Below, piece after piece: positions 9,313 to 19,232 of a DNA stretch of 64,000 nt (its first letter is position 1; each line of letters opens with the position of its first letter). The notes below the pieces were generated by a model. It did no database searches. It was not told where the DNA came from and saw only the letters and a program-made list of their open reading frames with translations. The DNA lies in the IMG/VR virus record IMGVR_UViG_3300046524_000301, positions 8,569 to 72,568 of that record. The stretch is one strand, 5' to 3'. The translations under genes were made by a program, and so were the position numbers. Source of the stretch: a virus. Its lineage: Duplodnaviria > Caudoviricetes.

Positions 9313-9825
9313 TTAGAAGCCGTGAATGCCTTGCACAGCGATCGAACCGTCGATCGATGCTTGGCCGGTCTGGCCGACGATGGTTTGCGTGACGCCAGCC
9401 GCAGCGTTGTTGGTAACTTGGGACACACCAGCCGTGCCGTTGATCAGCAGACCTGCGTTATCCAGCGTCGGCAGTTGCGCCGACTGATCGCTTTTCGAAA
9501 CCACGTTCGTGGATGCGTTTTGCGACGTGTTGGCGTTCACCGACGTCGGCGTGACGTTGATGCCTGCCGTTGCCGAACCGTTCCCCGTCGACACGGTCGA
9601 TTGCGTGCTGAACGCATTCGGGCCGAAGGTCTTCGTGGCCGAGACTGCATTGCCCGACGTGACGCTGTTCGCACCGATGCTTGCCGACACGGTTCCGACG
9701 GTGTACTGGCCACCGACCGAAGCCGAGCCCGAAACACCGTTGTTGCCGTTGTCATTGCCGTTGCCAGCGAATGCCGAAGCTGCGAACAGGGATGCGATAA
9801 CTGCAGCGATGAAATTGCGTTTCAT
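9313..9825 (-). CDS. secreted G/N/S/T/A-rich beta-strand protein
   Basis: Start reassigned to MKRNF (AAGGAG RBS); signal peptide ending ASAFA; low-complexity mature part. Confidence 0.75.
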   Translation of the reverse strand: MKRNFIAAVIASLFAASAFAGNGNDNGNNGVSGSASVGGQYTVGTVSASIGANSVTSGNAVSATKTFGPNAFSTQSTVSTGNGSATAGINVTPTSVNANTSQNASTNVVSKSDQSAQLPTLDNAGLLINGTAGVSQVTNNAAAGVTQTIVGQTGQASIDGSIAVQGIHGF

Positions 9826-9953
9826 GGTACTTCTCCTTAACAAACGTTTAACTACGAGATTGGTTTTGTGCCAAGGAAACTGCACTCTTATAGTTTGGCG
9901 GTCCTATAGAGCAATCCGGAGGGGATTTTGGTCTCCCCACCCCCGAAACTTTG

Positions 9954-10595
9954 TTACAGATGCTTTGCTGCGTACTGCACCGGAATGTCGGTGTTCAAAC
10001 ATTCACGGATGAAGTTGTTGAGCCCGAACTTTTCCAGGAGGAGGTTCGGTGCTGCGACTTCGACGATCTTGCCTTCCAGAAAACGCGCCAGTGCGTACTC
10101 CCGGGCAATCAATGCATCCGGCTCATCTGCCGGGTTTTGGAACGCCATCGACAGCTTGACGCCGGTGTGGCTGTAGCCGATATCTTCCGTCTTGTAGCAG
10201 AACGTGACAGCACGCTCCACGTCCTTCTTCAAACCGATCGAGTTGATCAGCTCTTCGAAGAACTCCGCAATCAGCGGGGTCTTGCGGTATGCTTCTTCCG
10301 GCATCACGAAGATGTCGTCGACCGTAGTCAGGTCTTTGGCCGTCAGAAATGCCAGGCCATGCTTCGCAACTTCTTCTGCGATGTGAGCACGACGAGCCGT
10401 GCGATTGGCCTTGGAGTTCAGGAACTTGTCCTTGGTCCGAGCCTCCGTGATGTTCGTTGCGATGTCCGCACGCTTCTCACGGATTTGTTCCGAAGTTGCG
10501 TTCGGGTTCTTCACGATCCAGCCATTGATGGCCGCTTCGACTGCCTCGGTGATCGAGCCGAGATTGAAGATGTGTTGCACTTCTGCGTTATTCAT
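9954..10595 (-). CDS. hypothetical protein
   Basis: 213-aa ORF with GC3-rich codons. Confidence 0.65.
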   Translation of the reverse strand: MNNAEVQHIFNLGSITEAVEAAINGWIVKNPNATSEQIREKRADIATNITEARTKDKFLNSKANRTARRAHIAEEVAKHGLAFLTAKDLTTVDDIFVMPEEAYRKTPLIAEFFEELINSIGLKKDVERAVTFCYKTEDIGYSHTGVKLSMAFQNPADEPDALIAREYALARFLEGKIVEVAAPNLLLEKFGLNNFIRECLNTDIPVQYAAKHL

Positions 10596-10866
10596 TTTGA
10601 GCCTTTGAGTCGGTCTTGTTACTGGTTTGAGTTATTGGCCTAAGCCAGAGATACAATCCATTTTCAGGAATCGGAAGTTCCTTAGGGCTAAGAGAATGGT
10701 TATTGTCCTCAGCATACTTATGCCAATTCGAGGGTCCAATATTGAAAACTTCTGCTTCCGCAGCGCATTCAACCATAGGATTGTGACACGTACGACACGC
10801 ATGGAATGTCAAGCTTTTAGGAACTTCACGGTTCAAGCGCATAATACAAAACTTACAAATCCACAT
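10588..10866 (-). CDS. small CxxC...CxxC zinc-binding protein
   Basis: Start reassigned downstream of promoter 10909; CKFC and CRTC. Confidence 0.5.
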   Translation of the reverse strand: MWICKFCIMRLNREVPKSLTFHACRTCHNPMVECAAEAEVFNIGPSNWHKYAEDNNHSLSPKELPIPENGLYLWLRPITQTSNKTDSKAQNE

Positions 10867-10909
10867 TCCTTTCAACTCGACGAAAAAGTTACAGTTTAAC
10901 CCAATACTC

Positions 10910-12712
10910 TTATACCAAATTAGAGTCTGTTTCTCTAAGTTTATGGGCGAAGTCCACGAGCATCTCTTCACGGATACTCATTTTATCGATAGCAGCTTTT
11001 CTGATCTGGTGCTCAATAGACGTATTCAGGAATATCCGATAATAATCACATACGTGCTTCTGACCAATACGGTGAATTCTATCTTGTTGTTGCAGGTATA
11101 CTTCAAGACTGAAATTCATACTATAGAAAATTTCAGTATGAACTTCCGGATTGATATTCGGCATTATTTCAAATTCATTATCTTCTTCTTCGAGTTTTTC
11201 AACTGTCGTTCCAAGTACTGTAATTCCATAGTTGACAGCCTTGGCTTGACATACCAGATACTGAATTGAAGGATCAGCATTAAACCTGCGAACCTTTTTG
11301 CCAATATTTGCTTCGCCGCCTTTAATAACCTCATATGATTTATTCTCTTTAATTAACATAGCTTCAATCAGTTCAAGCTCGGCTGACATATTGAACCAGA
11401 TAATCGCCTTACGCTCTGGGATTTTATCGCATACAATCTGTCTCAACGCTTCAACTTTAGGCTGCTCTTCGAAGAACAACGTTTTACGCTTTGGTCTGCG
11501 TTTACGAGGATTGTCTTGTAACAGTTCATCCATATCGTTAACGGCCATAGCATCGCCATTCTTCATTTCGGTTTCATCTTTATCCGCTTTATAAAGAAAT
11601 CCGTTTGAAACTTGATATAGCTTACTAAGCATGACAAGTGGATTATCGATTTCGATAAACTCACCTTTAAATTCAGCGATATAGTTTCGCATCAACGAAT
11701 CATAGACTTCTTTTTGTTCCGGTGAAGGAGATACGTATACATCGTGAAATTGCTTTTCAGGAATCTTCCCTTTAAGCCATTCTTCTTTCGTCATTACAAT
11801 AGAGCATGATTCAAGAATAGACCTTGCAATATCCATTCCCTTAAATGCCACGATTGCTCTAACTGAGGAATCTTCGCCACGTTTAACAGCAACCTTCACT
11901 GCATGCCTATCCAGAAAGTGTGAATAATTACCACCTACCAGCGAAGGCTCAAGAAATCGAACAGGGCAATACACATCCATAATACTGTTATTAATCAACG
12001 TACCAGAACCGCCAGAACGATACTGAATCGTTTTGGATAGTTTGGTTAATTCTTTAGTACGTTCAGTCTTAGGATCTTTAATCAGAAACTCATCAAGGTG
12101 AATATAATCATATCCGATACCTGCCAATTCGCTTGCAAAGGTAATAGCCTTATTGTAGTTAATGATCGTTACCTGCTTAGAGAGAATACCCTCTTTCTCT
12201 TTTTCCCAATCAGTCGTTTTAACTGTGTAAAAATTAAGGTCTGGTCGATGAATACCGATTTCATCTTCCCAAACGAATAACAAAGGCTTAGGGCAAACGA
12301 TGATAACCTTTTTAAACTCCATCAATGCTATGTAATCGAGAGTTACTTTAGATTTACCCATACCTGGATCAAGGAGTATGCCTCCGCTACCGACAGTATA
12401 CATAAAACGCAAAGCAATCCGTTGAAAATCCATCGGTTCAGTGAAGAACTTAAATGACTCAGGAATTTCCCTGAGCTTTGGTTTTTCATTAATAAACTCG
12501 TGTACATCCTTATCAATAGCCCATTTAGTTGACTTGGCCATGTCATTACGCAGACGCATGAAGACATTACGGACCACAGCCCATTTAGAGGGTACGAAAA
12601 AATAAGGCCCTTCACGAAGAAAGGCCGGGTAATTCATAAGGAACTTATATTCCTTTGCATCGTCATTGATGAAGTAGACTTTAGTCTTGTTCTGATTGAA
12701 TTTTATACGCAT
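10910..12712 (-). CDS. SNF2-family helicase/ATPase
   Basis: DPGMGKS, VCPK, HLDE, SGT, QQQDRIHRIGQ. Confidence 0.85.
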   Translation of the reverse strand: MRIKFNQNKTKVYFINDDAKEYKFLMNYPAFLREGPYFFVPSKWAVVRNVFMRLRNDMAKSTKWAIDKDVHEFINEKPKLREIPESFKFFTEPMDFQRIALRFMYTVGSGGILLDPGMGKSKVTLDYIALMEFKKVIIVCPKPLLFVWEDEIGIHRPDLNFYTVKTTDWEKEKEGILSKQVTIINYNKAITFASELAGIGYDYIHLDEFLIKDPKTERTKELTKLSKTIQYRSGGSGTLINNSIMDVYCPVRFLEPSLVGGNYSHFLDRHAVKVAVKRGEDSSVRAIVAFKGMDIARSILESCSIVMTKEEWLKGKIPEKQFHDVYVSPSPEQKEVYDSLMRNYIAEFKGEFIEIDNPLVMLSKLYQVSNGFLYKADKDETEMKNGDAMAVNDMDELLQDNPRKRRPKRKTLFFEEQPKVEALRQIVCDKIPERKAIIWFNMSAELELIEAMLIKENKSYEVIKGGEANIGKKVRRFNADPSIQYLVCQAKAVNYGITVLGTTVEKLEEEDNEFEIMPNINPEVHTEIFYSMNFSLEVYLQQQDRIHRIGQKHVCDYYRIFLNTSIEHQIRKAAIDKMSIREEMLVDFAHKLRETDSNLV

Positions 12713-12971
12713 CTTTTAAGACTTTAATATCGAAGTTAACCATTACACAAAAATCCTTGATAGTCTGTTGACTTAATTTACTACCTCTGAAAATATCACG
12801 GAGTTGTCTGAACATGTAATGCATAGACTCGATGTTTTCAGTATCGAATTCCCATTTACGTAGAATCTCAGCATTATTCTGTTGCCAGAAAAAAGGATTA
12901 TCTAAATCTATATACTCTTTATGCCTGAACTGTAATTTGAAGTCGGCATCTAAAAAAGCGTAACCTTTCAT
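12681..12971 (-). CDS. hypothetical protein
   Basis: 96-aa ORF coupled to neighbours. Confidence 0.6.
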   Translation of the reverse strand: MKGYAFLDADFKLQFRHKEYIDLDNPFFWQQNNAEILRKWEFDTENIESMHYMFRQLRDIFRGSKLSQQTIKDFCVMVNFDIKVLKDAYKIQSEQD

Positions 12972-13436
12972 TTAATTGTAATTAATCAAAATACCGCCTG
13001 AAAACGCAAAGGCTTCTGCAAAACTAGATTCAATCGAATCTACGATTTCACATGCGTTTTCTTTACTACCACAACGAAGAACTATAATATCCTTCTTGAT
13101 ATATTCCAACTTATCCTTCGGGATCTTCGCCCAGAATGACAAGCCTCGTTCTTCTACGTTAACGTCTTTCAATACCACAATCGTCTCATTGGCATAGCGG
13201 AAACGAACCCACTGTCCAAGCATTTCAGTGTACGAAAAACCTTCCAGCTTGTTTTCCGACTTCACCAATGCAGCTTGTCCTGCGCCGACATGCTTCCAGT
13301 ACGTATTGAAATCGTTAAAATACAGAGAGTATTCTTGGCTGGAATACTTGGTCCCTTGACGATTTCTCCAGGGCCACCGCCGCGTAATAGTATCTCCGTG
13401 GTATTCGAAGACAATGCCTTTTTCTGTAAGTTTCAT
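12972..13436 (-). CDS. hypothetical protein
   Basis: 154-aa ORF. Confidence 0.6.
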   Translation of the reverse strand: MKLTEKGIVFEYHGDTITRRWPWRNRQGTKYSSQEYSLYFNDFNTYWKHVGAGQAALVKSENKLEGFSYTEMLGQWVRFRYANETIVVLKDVNVEERGLSFWAKIPKDKLEYIKKDIIVLRCGSKENACEIVDSIESSFAEAFAFSGGILINYN

Positions 13437-13461
13437 TGTTGAAGTTCAAAAATAATTGCTG

Positions 13462-13468
13462 TAAAATA
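13462..13468 (+). promoter_or_regulatory. late-type promoter motif TAAAATA (representative copy)
   Basis: Upstream of + strand structural genes at 13462, 16998, 22971, 25544 (TAAAATT), 34210, 36884, 39728, 41772, 43199, 46858, 49122, 50440, 52214 and 54991, and on the - strand at 32176-32182. Confidence 0.75.
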
Positions 13469-13511
13469 AGCCACAGATATTGTACCATAACCAAATCGGA
13501 ATTCAACTCTT

Positions 13512-14699
13512 ATGTCTACCCCAGGCTTCATCGCACAGGACAGTAACTCTCTAGCGCAAGTGCGTTACTACACCCAGTTCGATCCATACCATTACGCAGT
13601 CGATAACAGACCGCTGACAGATCTCGCTTCAAATATTACCACGATCAGCTCTGGAGGTGGGGATTCGGCTAGACGTGGTGTACTGCTTAACCAACTGGCA
13701 ATGGCCTCTGTGTATCAGGAACTGTTTTCCAATGCCAACAACTCGCTGGTTATGTCTGGACTTACCGTTAGTTACCCCGGTTCGAATATTCTTACTGTGA
13801 ATGCTGGCGCTGTGTATCAAGCCCAGTCGACCAACGATAGCATTGCTCAAACCATTGTAAAACAGGCGCTTCTATTTGCACCTGTATCGTTTAATCTTGT
13901 TTCGCCTTCAAGCGCAGGCACTTCTATTGCGTACGTTATCGAAGCTCAGTTCTCTGACCTGTCGGCAACTAACATGGCTACTTCAGGTCTTCCCGCTTCG
14001 TTCCTCGATGCAACCAATACGTTCCTTCCGTGTTTGCTTCTGAATAAGGAATTGAAACTGCAACTTAAAGCAGGGACTCAAGCTCCTACAGGAACCCAAG
14101 TAGAACCCTCGCTTGATCCGGGTTGGTTCGGCCTATACACAGTTGTCGTAACCTTCGGCGTAACGAATCCTACTGTATACGCTCAAGCAAGCGCTCCTGC
14201 AATTAAAGGTATTAATCACTCTGTAATGGGTCAAGCGCTTACGGCTGCTTCGGCAACCCAGATTAACGTAGCTGGCATCCCTTCGTGGAGCTTTGCTGAC
14301 GGCTCAACGCAAGGACTGGCTATTCCCGTTCCCTTGAGAAGTCAAGGAACCAATCCTTACGTACCTATCAAACTTCGTCTAGCATTTTCAGGTGATGCTG
14401 CTGGCAATAACTTTGCATTGCAACTTTCATACCTTGCAGTAGGCGTTGGAGCTAGTACTACGGCTGGACTCACGACTACGGGTATCGAAACTGTGGCAAT
14501 GAACGTATCTGCGAATGCAATGCAAACTTACGCTACGGCAACGGCTATCATTCCTGCAACCGCATTCTCAGGCTTCGTGAATAATAACTGGTCGATCAAT
14601 TCAGAGAAACTTTTCGTGACTCTGAATCGTCTCGGTTCAAATGGCTTGGATACCAACACTGGTAACCTACGCATACACGATATTGTGATTTTTCAGTAA
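13512..14699 (+). CDS. virion structural protein (tail/baseplate-associated)
   Basis: A/S/T/G-rich beta-type composition; late motif upstream. Confidence 0.6.
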   Translation: MSTPGFIAQDSNSLAQVRYYTQFDPYHYAVDNRPLTDLASNITTISSGGGDSARRGVLLNQLAMASVYQELFSNANNSLVMSGLTVSYPGSNILTVNAGAVYQAQSTNDSIAQTIVKQALLFAPVSFNLVSPSSAGTSIAYVIEAQFSDLSATNMATSGLPASFLDATNTFLPCLLLNKELKLQLKAGTQAPTGTQVEPSLDPGWFGLYTVVVTFGVTNPTVYAQASAPAIKGINHSVMGQALTAASATQINVAGIPSWSFADGSTQGLAIPVPLRSQGTNPYVPIKLRLAFSGDAAGNNFALQLSYLAVGVGASTTAGLTTTGIETVAMNVSANAMQTYATATAIIPATAFSGFVNNNWSINSEKLFVTLNRLGSNGLDTNTGNLRIHDIVIFQ

Positions 14700-15014
14700 A
14701 CCCGTACACAACTTGTAAATGTCACGCAAGTGACTAAGAATCTTCGGAGCGTTCTCCTGACTTATGGTTGGGAGTTCAGCTCCGAATTGCATTGTGAGGT
14801 TACCAATCTTATCGATTATTGAACCTCGAATATTCTTCTTCTGAATCAGATCCGTAGTCTTCAAGATAAGGGCTTCCAGTTCATCTAAAAAATTAGGCTT
14901 CACAAGTGGATGCGAGTGAATATAGATAAGCTCTGAAGATGGTACGTATTTGTCAGAGCCTTCGAAATAGGCTTTGATCTGTGTATTTTTAAAACTGAAA
15001 TCATTGATGGGCAT
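14667..15014 (-). CDS. hypothetical protein
   Basis: 115-aa ORF. Confidence 0.45.
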   Translation of the reverse strand: MPINDFSFKNTQIKAYFEGSDKYVPSSELIYIHSHPLVKPNFLDELEALILKTTDLIQKKNIRGSIIDKIGNLTMQFGAELPTISQENAPKILSHLRDIYKLCTGLLKNHNIVYA

Positions 15015-15081
15015 AAAAAATCCGGTAGTATTAATGTGAAAGAGAACCTGAGTTTACCCCAGGTTCCCCATTGCTACAACA

Positions 15082-15678
15082 TCACATATTCATGATGTTA
15101 GACTTATGTTTCCCCATAAGCCCAGCTGCTACGGCAACTGTGGCTACGGTAACCCCTAAAGTCCCGAAGATCAAACCGCCCCAAAATCCAACCTTTTTGA
15201 TTTTGGCGTTTTTCTTTTGGACTCTCGCCCGCTCAGCAAGTTGCTCAGGGGAGAGTTCTTGTTCGTATACGCCTTCAGCATGCTCCCTTTTACTACCAGA
15301 ACTACGTTTACTCCCATAGTTAGGATTGTTACTGTGGTCCTCATTCTCCGAGGATTGGTCGTTATTTTGACTCATAGTATTAACCTCTTCGTCGCCAATA
15401 GTAATACCAGTGGCCATACCTCTGATGTCTTCAGGATCTGTGCGAAACAGCAACTCAGCCCCCCGGCTTGCATCCTCAGACTTACCACTGCGGTCCCTAC
15501 GCTTCTTAACTACGACTACTTCCCCAAACGGATCAATCCGTTCGTGGCTACTACTTTTTCGGCGATGACGGGTTGGTACAAACCCCCCTTTATCGTAACC
15601 GATATCATCGGCAAGAGTGCTCTTTATGCTAGATAGCTTCTCCTGCCAATCGGTGTTTTGATTACGAACCCCTGACAT
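15082..15678 (-). CDS. protein with C-terminal TM helix; probable internal start at 15375
   Basis: GAGG RBS at both 15678 and the in-frame MSQNND (15375); TM VGFWGGLIFGTLGVTVATVAVAAGL. Confidence 0.6.
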   Translation of the reverse strand: MSGVRNQNTDWQEKLSSIKSTLADDIGYDKGGFVPTRHRRKSSSHERIDPFGEVVVVKKRRDRSGKSEDASRGAELLFRTDPEDIRGMATGITIGDEEVNTMSQNNDQSSENEDHSNNPNYGSKRSSGSKREHAEGVYEQELSPEQLAERARVQKKNAKIKKVGFWGGLIFGTLGVTVATVAVAAGLMGKHKSNIMNM

Positions 15679-15730
15679 TGTTTTTTACCTCTTGACTCAA
15701 GTTGCTTATGGATTAATGTCAGGGTGGCGG

Positions 15731-15949
15731 TTAGTGACCCGCTGGAGCGTTGTTGCGATTCTTGGAGTCGTGATAACTCGCATTTGCAAACCCAGCGCTA
15801 TATCCAGCGATTACAGCAAGCATTGCGAACCCAGTAATTCGCAACAAACCTTTTATACCTTCTGCAGCAAACACAGAGACGTTACTCTGCGTGAACACTT
15901 CTTCGTCCCCAGTGTAAACAGGCCTTTCAGTATTTTTTGTACCTGGCAT
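15731..15949 (-). CDS. small C-terminally anchored membrane protein
   Basis: GGGAG RBS; one TM. Confidence 0.6.
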   Translation of the reverse strand: MPGTKNTERPVYTGDEEVFTQSNVSVFAAEGIKGLLRITGFAMLAVIAGYSAGFANASYHDSKNRNNAPAGH

Positions 15950-16091
15950 GATGATACTCCCGATCCAACGTTAAGCCTTTCGGCCACAAAGTTCAAACAA
16001 CAAAGTACTACAAGGACAACAACCGCTAGTGAAGCTTTTTGTTGCCCCCCGCGAGAGGCTCTCAGTCCACTCTAGTCAATTGACTTTGTTA

Positions 16092-16247
16092 TCAGTGTCG
16101 CCCTTCTCTCGAAACTAGAAGCGCCGAAATGAGGATCCCTCCAATAACAACGCCAGCTGAGTGAAACAGCTCCTTAAAAGCGTTGCTAAAGAGTTGATTC
16201 GATTTTTCCGGAACTTGCTCCTCATGAATGGGTTTAGACTGAAACAT
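16092..16247 (-). CDS. 51-aa membrane protein (not in ORF track)
   Basis: GGGAG RBS; MFQSKPIHEE...AGVVIGGILISALLVSREGRH; behind promoter 16365. Confidence 0.6.
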   Translation of the reverse strand: MFQSKPIHEEQVPEKSNQLFSNAFKELFHSAGVVIGGILISALLVSREGRH

Positions 16248-16479
16248 GGCAAACTCCCTAGATTATGACCTTCCAACTAATAAGTCATTAAGTTGACGCT
16301 ATCGCTATTAGATTTTTGATACCTGCGATAGGCGAAACGTACAAAAGTATATCTGTACAATATACTTATACCAAAAATCCAGGTCTGCCTTGAAAGACTA
16401 AAAAAACCGGTCGGGGGGGATCCGGTTTTTTAGGCGACGATGAGGAGGATCAGTTTCCTGACCCTACCCCGGCACTGCT

Positions 16480-16806
16480 TTACTCCGTGATCTGCGGCAT
16501 GTCCTGCGTCGAACCAACTGCAGTGCGGTTCATGCGCTTTTGCACCAACACGGTACCGCCGACGCCTGCTGCAACGCCGACTGCCATTGCTGCTGCGCCA
16601 ACCCACATCGCACCCATACGGCTCACGGCACGCTTGAAGCGACCTTGCGGATCGCCGTAAACTTCATGATGATGAACCGTGCGTTCGACGGTATCGGCAT
16701 GACCACGTGCATCACGAATCTGTTCTTCGTGGATGTCCGTCGTTTCACGGACGTCGTCCGATGATCGGGCCGTTGCGCCTTGTCCTGCTTGTTTTGCGGT
16801 CGTCAT
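16480..16806 (-). CDS. small C-terminally anchored membrane protein
   Basis: AGGAG RBS; TM WVGAAAMAVGVAAGVGGTVLV; tandem promoters at 16856 and 16933; own terminator. Confidence 0.7.
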   Translation of the reverse strand: MTTAKQAGQGATARSSDDVRETTDIHEEQIRDARGHADTVERTVHHHEVYGDPQGRFKRAVSRMGAMWVGAAAMAVGVAAGVGGTVLVQKRMNRTAVGSTQDMPQITE

Positions 16807-17030
16807 GATTTGCTCTCCTAGGAGGTTTGAAAAATGTATGTTTAACTACACAGCACTTATACCAAGCTTGATGCCAGAAAATTGAATCACGCTTTGGATG
16901 GCCAAAAACGATAATTGTTTCCCGGTACTTTACTTATACCAATTCCTATGCTAAAAAATTGAATTTTTCCTATCTTGACCTAAACTAGAGGTCAGTTTAA
17001 AATACGGGTATCTAACAATCTGGTCAAGAC

Positions 17031-18932
17031 ATGTCAAATAACGGTTTTTACACGCCATACCAACCTCCTCCGATTCCAGGAACATCTGGACGACTACCAG
17101 GGGATAACACGCTAGCAACTGCAAGTAGCCCGTGGTTTTCAGTCTCGAATCAATTTCTGCCTAGAAATCTGCATGACGTAATTCGTTGGGCTAAGTACAT
17201 TACCGTTCAATCTCCGGTAACGACCGAAGTCATCCGTAAATATGCTACGTATCCGATCACGGACTTTGTTATCAAAACTAAGTCTGAGGCTACTAAAAAC
17301 AAGTATGAAAGCATTTTCAAAAGCTTCAAGCTTAAATCTGCTTTGCATAATATCGGTTTTGAATATTACACAGTTGGTAATGTATTCGTTTCGATTTATT
17401 TCCCAATTCATAGAACTCTGTTCTGCCCGCATTGCAACGGCAACGTTACTGCAAAGAATGCTGAATTTACGCAATTCAAAAACTACAATTTCGTAGGCGA
17501 TTGCCCATTCTGTGACTCTAAAGGCGTTACGTTTACACGTCGTGACACGAAGTCGATGAACATCGATGATATGAATTTGATTCAATGGGATCCAATCAAT
17601 ATCAACGTTAACTTCAATCCGATTACAGGTGAATACGAGTACTACTACAAGATTCCGAATGACGTTAAACGTAGAATTCGTGAAGGTGACAAGCTTTTTG
17701 TTAATTCGGTTCCGTGGGGCTTTATCGAGGCTGTAAAGAATAATCAGGATTTCAAGTTTGATCCGAATAACATATTCCACTTGAAGAACCTGTCGGCAGG
17801 ACAACAGATCAACGGCGTGGCTGTGCCCCCGCTTGTTTCCCTGTTCTACCTTGTGTTCTATCAAGCAACGCTTCGTAAAGCCAACGAATCTATCGCTACT
17901 GACTTTATGTCTCCGCTTCGTGTGATTTTTCCACAAGCACAGACTGGAAACAGCGATCCGGTATCAAGCATCAGTCTTCGTAACTTCGTTGAACGGATGC
18001 AGGCTAACCTTGTCAAGCACAAACAGGATAACAATCACGTTGTTGTAGCACCGACACCGATTGGCTACCAAGCCATTAGTGGCGAAGGTAAGAACCTATT
18101 AGTTGCTACGGAAATCCAACAAGCTGAAGATTCGATTCTTCTAGCGCTTGGCGTTTCAAGAGAATTGCTTGCAGGTACGACGAACTGGACCAGCTCCACG
18201 ACTGGACTTCGCTTGCTTGAAAATACGATGCTTTGCTACACCGGACAGATTACCGAGCTTATTTCGTGGATCATGTCCCGCGTTTCCAAGTATCTAGGCA
18301 TCGAAACGTGTGAAGTAGACTTGACTCCGTTTAAACTTACTGATGATCCTAATTTGCAACAGATGCTTCTGCAAACTGTACAGACAAATAATGGTTCTCT
18401 GTCGAGTCTGTACGAATCGTTCGGTATGAAATTCGGTACTGAATTGGACAACATGCGTGAGGATGCTGTAGCCCGTGCTGTTAATGAAGTTAAGACCAAG
18501 CTCGAAGTGGATCAAAGTACGTATTTGGCTGCTAAAGAAACAGGCGATAGTTTTGACCGGAACAACGATTATAAAGTGGCCTTGGCTAAGGCTCAGCAAA
18601 TCGCTGAACAGCTTTATACCGCTGATGATGGCACAAAACGTGCTATACTTAACCGTCTAAAATTAGAAGATTATGCAATGTACATGCTGGTCGGAAAGCT
18701 TCTGGAAGAATATGCAGAAGAGCAAGCCTCTCAAGTACAGCAAGTCGGACCTGATGGTAAGCCGATTCCAGGTCAGCCTGGCCAACAAGGGCAGCCTGGA
18801 CAACCGGGGCAAAGCGGTGGTGGTGCAGAACAGGAAGAAGCCACTAACGGCGCTGGTTCTGCAGAAAGTCAAAACGGATCGGGTGAAGAAAAGCAGGAAG
18901 AAACTGCTGGTGGAAACCCCGGTCAACAGTAA
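17031..18932 (+). CDS. probable portal protein with Zn-ribbon insertion
   Basis: 633 aa, late motif, portal-like helical organisation; CPHC/CPFC insert; disordered PGQ-repeat tail. The portal call is inferred from size, composition and context. Confidence 0.55.
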   Translation: MSNNGFYTPYQPPPIPGTSGRLPGDNTLATASSPWFSVSNQFLPRNLHDVIRWAKYITVQSPVTTEVIRKYATYPITDFVIKTKSEATKNKYESIFKSFKLKSALHNIGFEYYTVGNVFVSIYFPIHRTLFCPHCNGNVTAKNAEFTQFKNYNFVGDCPFCDSKGVTFTRRDTKSMNIDDMNLIQWDPININVNFNPITGEYEYYYKIPNDVKRRIREGDKLFVNSVPWGFIEAVKNNQDFKFDPNNIFHLKNLSAGQQINGVAVPPLVSLFYLVFYQATLRKANESIATDFMSPLRVIFPQAQTGNSDPVSSISLRNFVERMQANLVKHKQDNNHVVVAPTPIGYQAISGEGKNLLVATEIQQAEDSILLALGVSRELLAGTTNWTSSTTGLRLLENTMLCYTGQITELISWIMSRVSKYLGIETCEVDLTPFKLTDDPNLQQMLLQTVQTNNGSLSSLYESFGMKFGTELDNMREDAVARAVNEVKTKLEVDQSTYLAAKETGDSFDRNNDYKVALAKAQQIAEQLYTADDGTKRAILNRLKLEDYAMYMLVGKLLEEYAEEQASQVQQVGPDGKPIPGQPGQQGQPGQPGQSGGGAEQEEATNGAGSAESQNGSGEEKQEETAGGNPGQQ

Positions 18933-18941
18933 GGATAAATA

Positions 18942-19232
18942 ATGGCAGCGTCTAATGGAGTTACAAACTCCGTAACAAGTAAAGAAGAGAGCATGTTTCC
19001 GGGCTTCGGCCCGAAGAAGGTCGATGAAAACGACTTCAATAACTATCATGTTAGATATGCTCAAATCGATATCATGGATCCAGGCTCACGAGCAGAGTTG
19101 GAAATCATCGAAACTAGAGCAATTAAAAATCAAGGTGTGGTTATCCTGACTAAAGATAAGTTCACCTTCATGGACAAATACTATATGGTAGTGAGCTACC
19201 TGGAACTAGATACAAATGCCGACACCCGCTAA
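18942..19232 (+). CDS. hypothetical protein overlapping the RNAP beta start
   Basis: 96 aa, AAGGA RBS. Confidence 0.6.
   Translation: MAASNGVTNSVTSKEESMFPGFGPKKVDENDFNNYHVRYAQIDIMDPGSRAELEIIETRAIKNQGVVILTKDKFTFMDKYYMVVSYLELDTNADTR

Noticed and set aside
8484-10643. Long + strand ORFs (8484-9392, 9109-9840, 9951-10643)
   Set aside because: They are antisense shadows of GC3-rich - strand genes, Arg/Cys-rich and without RBS.
18766-18812. Tandem DNA repeat in the portal 3' end
   Set aside because: It is a low-complexity PGQ/QGQ coding linker, not an independent element.
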